DNA of 64,000 nucleotides from Candidatus Hydrothermarchaeum profundi (GTDB lineage Archaea; Hydrothermarchaeota; Hydrothermarchaeia; Hydrothermarchaeales; Hydrothermarchaeaceae): NCBI GenBank assembly GCA_002011125.2, contig MTMF02000009.1, positions 1 to 64,000 of the forward strand, read 5' to 3'. Shown piece by piece: positions 24,556 to 31,955 of this stretch (position 1 is its first letter; each line of letters starts with the position of its first letter). The notes under the pieces were generated by a model. It saw only the letters and a program-made list of their open reading frames with translations, ran no database searches and was not told where the DNA came from. The position numbers and the translations under genes were made by a program.

Positions 24556-24565
24556 ATGGATAATA
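24546..24565. promoter_or_regulatory. Perfect inverted repeat over the ArsR gene start (candidate autoregulatory operator)
   Basis: TATTATCCA-AA-TGGATAATA, 9-bp arms. Confidence 0.55.
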
Positions 24566-24611
24566 AAAATATTTAAATTTAATCCAAGGTTCCAATTCCG
24601 CTTATATAGAA

Positions 24612-25286
24612 TTAAAACCCTTTGAAGAGACCCTGAAAATATCCTATTTCTATAATTATAGAAATGCCTAGAAAAATACTAATAATCCCCGCGATCGCTT
24701 TAATTTTTATGTTTAAGCTCTCAAAGTTTGATGTAGCTACGAAAGGTATGCCTATAAGAGTACTTACTAACAGCATCCCCAAGATAGACCCTAGACCAAA
24801 TATCAGAATATATAATATACCTAAATGGATTGTTTCTACCGTAGCTAAAACGATAAGCATTAATGCCCCACTTCCGGCTAGCCCATGTATCACTCCGACA
24901 ATGAAAGTCTTATGTTCATGATTGTGTGATTTCGGCAGCTTGTGAGAATGAAGATGCAAGTGTTTCTTACTGCTATGGGAATGAGGATGAAAATGTATAC
25001 CAGAAATAACGGACAATCCTAATATAATGAGTATTATACCAACCAGGAACTCCATAAAAAGAGCCATCCTAGCTGGTATGGACACTTTAAATAATAATAC
25101 TAATACCCCAACAAATAATAGAGTAGAAGTATGACCAAACCCCCAAATGATCCCAAGTAAAGAAGATTTTTTTAAGTCTTTGTTTTCGCTAATGATAGTC
25201 GAAACAGCCACTACATGATCGGCGTCTAACGCATGTTTTAAGCCTAGCATGAAGCCTAATACCAGAATTGACCAGCCAAGATCCAT
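24612..25286 (-). CDS. UreH/NiCoT-like nickel/cobalt permease
   Basis: GLKHALDADH, WGFGH, a His-rich loop and HGLAGSG. Confidence 0.88.
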   Translation of the reverse strand: MDLGWSILVLGFMLGLKHALDADHVVAVSTIISENKDLKKSSLLGIIWGFGHTSTLLFVGVLVLLFKVSIPARMALFMEFLVGIILIILGLSVISGIHFHPHSHSSKKHLHLHSHKLPKSHNHEHKTFIVGVIHGLAGSGALMLIVLATVETIHLGILYILIFGLGSILGMLLVSTLIGIPFVATSNFESLNIKIKAIAGIISIFLGISIIIEIGYFQGLFKGF

Positions 25287-25313
25287 GTAATATTTTTTTA
25301 AAAAAAGTAATAC
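25287..25313. promoter_or_regulatory. Candidate NikR operator
   Basis: GTAATA-N15-TAATAC directly upstream of the permease ATG; resembles the GTATGA-N16-TCATAC NikR box. Confidence 0.5.
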
Positions 25314-25316
25314 TAT

Positions 25317-25742
25317 TTATAATTTATCTAACTCTTTATCGATTGGAGCTATCATAAGCTTACCGTGTTTAACCCCTCTTAAAGCAATTAAGATATCTGA
25401 GATCTTTCTTATGTCTTTAACGTTCCCTTTTATAACAAGCACTTCTAGGCAATTGCGTTCATCTAAGTGAACATGCATACTGGACAATATCCTACCTTGA
25501 AAAGTGTGCTGGAGTTCTAGGAGCTTATCTGATACCCCCCTAATATCATGGTCATAGATAATCGTTAAAGAACCTATAGCCTCACCTTCTTCTTTCTCTA
25601 ATTCAGAAGTTGCAATAAAATTTCTAATAAGATCTCTCACCCCTTCAGATCGATTAGCATATCCCTTTACTTCAAGAATTTCATCGAATTTTTTTAATAA
25701 GCTTGGGGATATTGTAGTGCTAAACCTAATTACCTTATCCAT
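25317..25742 (-). CDS. nikR: Nickel-responsive regulator NikR
   Basis: RHH segment RFSTTI...GYANRSEGVRDLIR; YDH; HVHLDERNCLEV. Confidence 0.95.
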   Translation of the reverse strand: MDKVIRFSTTISPSLLKKFDEILEVKGYANRSEGVRDLIRNFIATSELEKEEGEAIGSLTIIYDHDIRGVSDKLLELQHTFQGRILSSMHVHLDERNCLEVLVIKGNVKDIRKISDILIALRGVKHGKLMIAPIDKELDKL

Positions 25743-25866
25743 AACTTATTATTAGGAAGTGTTACTTATTTTATTTTTTTGTAATAATTAAGTAAAATAT
25801 TTCTATTATTAAATAACCTTTTTATGTAATTCTTTCCAAAATTGGAAACGTGAGAGGTTATTTAGC

Positions 25867-26091
25867 TTGTCCAAAAAAATCTTAGGGAGTAATAAAGACT
25901 GCAAATATTATCCTTGTCACTTCGAAGGCCAAGACTGTACCTGGTGTTTTTGCCCTATATATCCTTGTTACAATCTTAAGAGAGGAGGAAAGCTGATCAA
26001 AAGCAGGCAAGCAAATAAAATACTCTGGAGTTGCAAATATTGTGGCTGGATACACCGGCCAGAAATTGCTAAAAAATTTTTACGGAGATGA
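25867..26091 (+). CDS. Cysteine-rich small domain protein (often cobalamin-linked)
   Basis: CKYYPCHFEGQDCTWCFCPIYPC...WSCKYCGWIH. Confidence 0.8.
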   Translation: MSKKILGSNKDCKYYPCHFEGQDCTWCFCPIYPCYNLKRGGKLIKSRQANKILWSCKYCGWIHRPEIAKKFLRR

Positions 26092-26475
26092 AAAAGGCTT
26101 ACCATAAAATTCTTCGAATCTCTTTTTATTTTCATCGGTTAAGTGGAGGAGTGTTCTAGGTCTCCCCCTCTTACCATTTCTTACGGGCTTTTCTGAAATA
26201 AGCCCCACTGAAATTAAGTACTGTTTCCTATCAGATAAAGTAGAGCTTTTAGCAAGGTTTTTCTCTTCCGCCCATTTTACTATTTCATAAAAAGTTTTGT
26301 TATTCTTAGCCCCACTAATCAGAATGCGAGACTCTAAATCCATTGCTTTTCTAATGAGAATTTGATATCTAGTTTCATTAAATAACTCGCTTAACATTAC
26401 AAAATCTACAATAAAATCCTCATCGAAATACCCCTTCATTGTAGATATTATTTCTTCGATTTCTTTGGAATTCAT
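26080..26475 (-). CDS. TbsP-like winged-helix transcriptional regulator (C-terminal domain only)
   Basis: FYEIVKWAEEKNLAKSSTLSDRKQYLISVGLISEKPV...GRPRTLL matches the haloarchaeal TbsP C-terminal pattern as I recall it. Confidence 0.65.
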   Translation of the reverse strand: MNSKEIEEIISTMKGYFDEDFIVDFVMLSELFNETRYQILIRKAMDLESRILISGAKNNKTFYEIVKWAEEKNLAKSSTLSDRKQYLISVGLISEKPVRNGKRGRPRTLLHLTDENKKRFEEFYGKPFSSP

Positions 26476-26699
26476 TATTCCGAAATTGGCTTGTTGGTTT
26501 ATAAATTTTTTTATTTAAGTACACAGTTAATTAATTCATTATTCAAATCTTAAAATAAAAAAATAGTTGTTTTATGTAATAAAGCTTTTTAATTTTTATT
26601 TTAAAATATAAAGATTAATTTTTTGATTTAAAATTAAAAAAAATTGTCTATTTATTTTAGACGGAATTGCCGGAATTAATATAGTACACTCTCTAAAAC

Positions 26700-26724
26700 C
26701 GCCTCCGTAAAAATCACGGAGGTG
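26700..26724 (+). promoter_or_regulatory. Hairpin sequestering the Shine-Dalgarno of the peptide gene
   Basis: CGCCTCCGT-AAAAATC-ACGGAGGTG: 9-bp stem with one G-U pair; the 3' arm is the SD. Confidence 0.6.
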
Positions 26725-26731
26725 AAACCTA

Positions 26732-26842
26732 TTGCTGAATAAGATCCTATCAACCCCCATACTGCCTTTAGCGGTCTTCATAACACTATTAGTAATAACA
26801 AGCACTGTATCCGCAGGTGGAGGTTCGTCAGTGGGGCCATAA
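26732..26842 (+). CDS. 36-aa precursor peptide: signal peptide plus GGGSSVGP (DUF7503-like)
   Basis: Perfect SD GGAGGTGA 6 nt before TTG. Translation MLNKILSTPILPLAVFITLLVITSTVSAGGGSSVGP*: n-region K, hydrophobic core, V-S-A cleavage motif. Not in the ORF track. Confidence 0.8.
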   Translation: MLNKILSTPILPLAVFITLLVITSTVSAGGGSSVGP

Positions 26843-26862
26843 ATTATGGCCCCATTCCTTTA
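26832..26862. terminator. Inverted repeat plus T-tract between the convergent peptide and CHAT genes
   Basis: TGGGGCCATAA-A-TTATGGCCCCA (perfect 11-bp arms) followed by TTCCTTTATTTT. Confidence 0.6.
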
Positions 26863-28905
26863 TTTTAATAAAATATCCGCTAGCTCCTCCATCCAATAAA
26901 GCCTATTTCCATATATTACAGGTTGGTAAGGCTCCCTTTCAATCAACTTTGTGATCGTATTTCTGGATATTTCAAAAGTAGGTGTATTAAAATGCAGGTA
27001 GTTCATATCGCATCCCTCTATGTAAGGATGAATAAATCCGCCTATTGTATAATATAGAGTATGGAAAGTAAGAAACATCTTTTCCCTTTTCTTTGATAAT
27101 GTATAATAAATTGGAACAAAAGAATCTCTAAATTGGACTAAAGAATATTCGCTTAATCCTAATATTAAATAATCCTTCCCAAATAGCGATCTTTTTTTAG
27201 CGAGTTCCATAGCTTTTCCAATTGGAAACCCATTCTCAAGAAGTCTTGAAAAACAATATCCCATTTTAATAGCTTCTCTATTCATTATGCTCCACTGTGT
27301 TACAACGCCTCCCAATGAACCACTTTTTAGGAGTCCCACACCCTCATTATAGCTATTACATGCATTAAGGAAAAATAAAGGCGTATTATTCTCTACCAGC
27401 TCTTCAGTTTTAAGGCCCCCATCGACACATACTAGTCCATTTTCTTGGCAATGACCTACGTAATAAACAAGGTCAAATCCTTTTTCGAATACACTAGCAA
27501 GTTCTTCTCTGGATAATAGGTTGAAGATTTTAACCTTCATTTTTATATCATTTCTTTCGCTATACAAGTTTGCCGCCTTTTCTATTTCTTTAGACATTTT
27601 CTTGGCATTGAGCACTAAGGCAATTCTAATTTTATCTTCCTTCTTGTCGAGATATTTCAACTGGTTATAAAATGCCTCCCTACTTGCTTTAGAAACCCCT
27701 ATAGGTATCTCTGGAGCGTACCATATGTGTTCTTGAGAGCATTTGAGTGCAGGTTTCACAATATTTTTTTCATCAAAAATCTGGAAAACACTTTTAGATC
27801 TGAAGAAGTCTTTAATAGAAGCCTTAGTCAATTCTCTCCTAGAAATTCTCTTGCATCTTGGTATTCTTACCATGCCTAGACGGTTTAGAATAAAAGGTAA
27901 TGCCTCAACTCTAGGTAGTTCAGGTTTCACATAATAGGAAAGATGCCATTCAGGCATATAGCGTTCTATTTTCTCCCTTGGGATATTGAAGTATATAGGA
28001 AGCTGTTCAGTAATTCTCTTAGAGAAAATAGCTTTAATATCGAGTCCAAGTCCATCTAAGGCCTTCAATTCCTCTACTTTATTAACATATCCTCCCGCAC
28101 ATCTTACAAGACAGTCCATAAAGAATACCCGCTGCAGTACATTAGATACCTCGTCCTCAAATCTGCTTAAGCTCAGAGGCATTCGATATTCAAATCCGCT
28201 ATCACAATAAAGACTGGGACTCCCAAATTCTATATCAGCAAGCAGGTAGTATACTAAAGGTGCTGCAACATATAGGTAGCCCAACTTCTTAGGTATAGTG
28301 ATTGAAACACCGCTCTTCTTCTCCCTAATATCCCCAGATACAGAGAATTCGTCTTCTATTTTTAGTAATGGGGGATGCTCTCTTAATGTGGGATAACTTC
28401 TCTCGCATGTGTCGATACATATGGAAGAGGAAAGTAGTTTTATTGCTCTCGCTGCATCATCAATAGACTTAGAGATATTTATTAGTCCTATTGGACTCTT
28501 ATGGAAAGATCGTAACCCAAAAATTATATCGGTTCCTTCTTCAAATTTCAAGTATATACGGCTGTGCGTAGCTACTACTTTTATCCATGAATTTACAAAA
28601 ACATATACTTTTACAGGGGCATTTATTTCAAGTATATAATTCCCTTTTTTTAAATATAAGTTATCATGCGGGGTAATCTCCCTTATAATTTCGTAATTCT
28701 TTTCTTTCCTGAGATAGGTCAAATAAAGGTTAAAAGACAAAGCGCTACATTTTCCAGTAAAAATCTCATCCACTCTGTATCTAAATACATATTTTCGACT
28801 AGTACTCGTCCATTTAGTAAGATGAAGCTTGAAAATACTCCCCTGAGCGCTATCAAAGATTTCTAAGGCTTCTTTTTTATACTTGATATCAAATCCCATA
28901 CTCAT
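26860..28905 (-). CDS. CHAT / caspase-like (clan CD) protease-domain protein
   Basis: DLVYYVGH (H485) and FFLNACNS (C516) dyad, then GGVVTQW and F...LENGFPIGKA. N-terminal ERSYPTLREHPP. No signal peptide. Confidence 0.75.
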   Translation of the reverse strand: MSMGFDIKYKKEALEIFDSAQGSIFKLHLTKWTSTSRKYVFRYRVDEIFTGKCSALSFNLYLTYLRKEKNYEIIREITPHDNLYLKKGNYILEINAPVKVYVFVNSWIKVVATHSRIYLKFEEGTDIIFGLRSFHKSPIGLINISKSIDDAARAIKLLSSSICIDTCERSYPTLREHPPLLKIEDEFSVSGDIREKKSGVSITIPKKLGYLYVAAPLVYYLLADIEFGSPSLYCDSGFEYRMPLSLSRFEDEVSNVLQRVFFMDCLVRCAGGYVNKVEELKALDGLGLDIKAIFSKRITEQLPIYFNIPREKIERYMPEWHLSYYVKPELPRVEALPFILNRLGMVRIPRCKRISRRELTKASIKDFFRSKSVFQIFDEKNIVKPALKCSQEHIWYAPEIPIGVSKASREAFYNQLKYLDKKEDKIRIALVLNAKKMSKEIEKAANLYSERNDIKMKVKIFNLLSREELASVFEKGFDLVYYVGHCQENGLVCVDGGLKTEELVENNTPLFFLNACNSYNEGVGLLKSGSLGGVVTQWSIMNREAIKMGYCFSRLLENGFPIGKAMELAKKRSLFGKDYLILGLSEYSLVQFRDSFVPIYYTLSKKREKMFLTFHTLYYTIGGFIHPYIEGCDMNYLHFNTPTFEISRNTITKLIEREPYQPVIYGNRLYWMEELADILLK

Positions 28906-28996
28906 TTGTAATAAATATAAAACAAAAAGATTTTGCTATAGTGGGAATCCCATGAGCAACCAAATTTTTAATATACCTCAAGTGGTCTAGTAGTCT

Positions 28997-30466
28997 TTGA
29001 TGACATCATCAATAATGGTTCAGGGTACGACCTCTCATGCTGGAAAATCTTTTTTAGTTACTATCCTCTGCAAAATCTTCGCAGACAGAGGATACAAGGT
29101 TGCCCCCTTCAAATCACAGAATACCTCCCTAAACTCTTATGTTACCCCCGAGGGGGGTGAAATCGCTAGGGCTCAGGCAATACAGGCCTTCGCTGCAGGT
29201 ATCGAGCCTTCTACCGACATGAATCCTATTCTAGTGAAACCTAAAGGTGACAGCAGGTCCCAGATCGTAGTAAACGGGAGACCCTACAAAGATATAATGG
29301 CTAGAAACTACTATGAAGAATTTGCCCTTAAAGAAGGTCCTGCAATTATAAAAAAAGCGCTAGAAAATCTCGCTAGAAAATATGAGGTGATAGTTATTGA
29401 AGGAGCCGGGAGTCCTGCGGAGATAAATCTCTATCACCAAGATATTGCAAATATGCGGGTTGCTGATATGGCTGATGCCCCCGTATTATTAATCGCAGAT
29501 ATAGATAGAGGGGGGGTCTTCGCTAGTATTTATGGAACCATAGAGCTTCTGAAAGAAGAGCATAAAAAAAGGATTAGGGGAGTAATAATTAACAAGTTTA
29601 GAGGGGACTTTGAGATACTGAAGCCTGGAATCAAGATGATAGAGGATCTAACAAAGAAACCAGTGCTGGGCGTGCTACCATTCATACAAAACCTCCGGCT
29701 ACCTAGTGAGGACTCTGTATCTTTAGAACAAATTAAAGGGAGAGGCGAAATATATGTTATAAGGCTTCCGAGGATTTCCAACTTTACCGACTTTGACCCA
29801 CTTTTATATGAGGGCTTCGGAGTAAAGTTTGTACAAGATCCCAGCGAAATTCGTTCTCCAAGAGCAATCATTATTCCGGGCACAAAAAGTACTGTAGAGG
29901 ATATGCTCTGGCTAAAAGAAAAGGGATTTCCTGAAAAAATCAGAGCATATAAAGGTAAGGTTCCTATAATAGGGATATGTGGGGGATATCAGATATTAGG
30001 GAGAAAAATTGTAGATCTTAAAGGAATCGAAGGCTCTATAAGAGAAGTAGAAGGATTGGGACTACTCGATGTCGAAACATACTTCCAAGTATATGAGAAA
30101 ACTACTACTAGAGTTAAAGGTAGGATAATATCAGAGCGTGGACTTTTTTCAGAGTTAAAGGGTAAAGAGATCTATGGATATGAGATCCATATGGGTGAGA
30201 CAAAGTTAGGTAGAAATGCCTATCCTTTCTGCGACTTAGGTGGAAAACTAGATGGAGCAACTGACGAAACAGGCACAATCATGGGTACCTATGTCCATGG
30301 GATATTTGATGCTCCAACACTACGTAGAATATTCAAAACACATGCTGAGATTGATTTTGAAGACGCAGAAAATATCGAAGAGGTTTGGAAGAAAGAACTT
30401 GATAGAGCCGCAGAAATAGTCTCCCGACATATCGACATAGAAGAAATTATAGGTTGGATTAAGTAA
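28997..30466 (+). CDS. cobQ: Cobyric acid synthase
   Basis: QGTTSHAGKS, PFKSQN, EGAGSPAEINL, DIDRGG, ISNFTDFDPL, GICGGYQ and GYEIH. Confidence 0.96.
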   Translation: MMTSSIMVQGTTSHAGKSFLVTILCKIFADRGYKVAPFKSQNTSLNSYVTPEGGEIARAQAIQAFAAGIEPSTDMNPILVKPKGDSRSQIVVNGRPYKDIMARNYYEEFALKEGPAIIKKALENLARKYEVIVIEGAGSPAEINLYHQDIANMRVADMADAPVLLIADIDRGGVFASIYGTIELLKEEHKKRIRGVIINKFRGDFEILKPGIKMIEDLTKKPVLGVLPFIQNLRLPSEDSVSLEQIKGRGEIYVIRLPRISNFTDFDPLLYEGFGVKFVQDPSEIRSPRAIIIPGTKSTVEDMLWLKEKGFPEKIRAYKGKVPIIGICGGYQILGRKIVDLKGIEGSIREVEGLGLLDVETYFQVYEKTTTRVKGRIISERGLFSELKGKEIYGYEIHMGETKLGRNAYPFCDLGGKLDGATDETGTIMGTYVHGIFDAPTLRRIFKTHAEIDFEDAENIEEVWKKELDRAAEIVSRHIDIEEIIGWIK

Positions 30467-30600
30467 ACCTAACTCCAAGATAACACAGAGAGCTTTACAT
30501 TGAAGGTTGACCTCATGGATTTTAAGTTTAAAAAATATCGGAGGTGAGAAGTGGCGGTACCTCATCCTAGAACCTAGAAGGGGTTTCCTCCACATAAAAG

Positions 30601-31527
30601 ATGAACGAACTCCTAGCTATTCTTCTCATAGCTGTGATAGTCGACCGCATTTTTGGGGAGCCTCCTCCAATCTTACACTCTACTGTCTGGATGGGGAAGA
30701 TAATTGATTTTTTAAAAAATAATACTATTGGAAATAAAAGAATTTACAGCTTATTCGTCTTCTTATCAGTAACACTACTATTCTCATGTGGCACTTTTTT
30801 AGTTATTAAGATGCTTACGGGTATCCCGCAAATAATTCTCGGTAGTCTAATTTTGAAAATGCAGTTCTCATGGAAGGCTATGCGGCTCCACAGCATACCT
30901 ATTGTTGAATTAATAGAAAAAGGAGACATTATAAATGCACGAGAAAAAGTCGCGATGATTGTAGGCAGAAAAACAAAGTCGCTTGATGAGGAGCATGTAT
31001 TATCTGCTACCGTAGAATCGATAGGTGAAAGCTGTGTCGATGGAATAATCTCCCCCTTATTTTACTATGCGTTATTTAGCCCTCTAGGTCCAGCATTTGC
31101 GATTTCTGCGGCAGTATTCTATAGATCTACCAACACTCTGGATTCTATGATAGGCTACCGGAATATCGAAATAGGATTAATAGCAGCTAAGATGGATGAT
31201 GTTCTAAATTATATTCCTGCAAGACTAACTGCGGTAATGTTCATAGTATCTTCTTTTATGATAAAGATGAGATGGAAGAACTCAATCAAGGTATACTTTA
31301 GAGACAGAAATAAAACTCCAAGCCCAAACTCAGGCCAAGCGATGTCTGCGCTAGCTGGAGCTCTAGGAGTAAGACTAGAAAAAATCGGCTTTTACCAGAT
31401 TGGGGAGAGGATAGAAACATTAAAACCGCATGATGTTCTAAAAGCTCTTAACGTCGTAGATGTATCTGTATCGTTATTCGTAGGTTTAATAGCTGGGGTG
31501 ATACAACTTGTGGAATATATTGGGTGA
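30601..31527 (+). CDS. cbiB: Adenosylcobinamide-phosphate synthase CbiB
   Basis: GEPP..H, VGR, NTLDSMIGY, DDVLNYIPARL and SPNSG. Confidence 0.93.
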   Translation: MNELLAILLIAVIVDRIFGEPPPILHSTVWMGKIIDFLKNNTIGNKRIYSLFVFLSVTLLFSCGTFLVIKMLTGIPQIILGSLILKMQFSWKAMRLHSIPIVELIEKGDIINAREKVAMIVGRKTKSLDEEHVLSATVESIGESCVDGIISPLFYYALFSPLGPAFAISAAVFYRSTNTLDSMIGYRNIEIGLIAAKMDDVLNYIPARLTAVMFIVSSFMIKMRWKNSIKVYFRDRNKTPSPNSGQAMSALAGALGVRLEKIGFYQIGERIETLKPHDVLKALNVVDVSVSLFVGLIAGVIQLVEYIG

Positions 31528-31954
31528 GAAAGGTATAAGGAAAGAGGATATTTTAGATGCTGGATTGGAATTATTTGTTCCTCATCCCGGGATTGAAGAT
31601 AAAAAAAAAGCTAGAGAGATCCTTGAAAAAGAAATAAATATAGCTTTATCTGACCCTAATATTAATTCTCTCATATTAGCTGGATTATACCTTGAAGATG
31701 AGGGACTAAAAGGTAAAATACCGGGCATTAGTAAAGAGGAATTTGAAAAAGACCTTGCTTTTCTAGTAGCTGATGAGATTCTCGGTATGGCAATAGCTGA
31801 GTACATTGGGGGAATTCGCGCTAGGTTTGAGTATGTTAGATACGACACTAAAAAGCCGGGGATTCTGAAAAAGCTTGGTCCCATGGTAGATGATGTTATA
31901 TGTGGCCTAATAGCCGGCGCAACCTCCAAAATGTATAGTGAGAACGTGATTTGA
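31508..31954 (+). CDS. cobZ: Alpha-ribazole phosphatase CobZ (PgpA-like)
   Basis: DPNINSL, LVADEILG, YIGG, RYDTKKPGIL and GPMVDD; lies between cbiB and cobS. Confidence 0.85.
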   Translation: MWNILGEKGIRKEDILDAGLELFVPHPGIEDKKKAREILEKEINIALSDPNINSLILAGLYLEDEGLKGKIPGISKEEFEKDLAFLVADEILGMAIAEYIGGIRARFEYVRYDTKKPGILKKLGPMVDDVICGLIAGATSKMYSENVI

Positions 31955-31955
31955 A

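Noticed and set aside
26596-26805. 69-aa minus-strand ORF in the track
   Set aside because: No protein-like features. It overlaps the better-supported plus-strand peptide gene and the AT-rich promoter.
28906-28996. Cobalamin riboswitch or operator upstream of cobQ (TGGGA-A-TCCCA at 28942-28952)
   Set aside because: The gap is too short and lacks B12-box elements; a 5-bp repeat is within chance.
30507-30707. 66-aa plus-strand ORF overlapping cbiB
   Set aside because: Out-of-frame overlap with cbiB and no motif.
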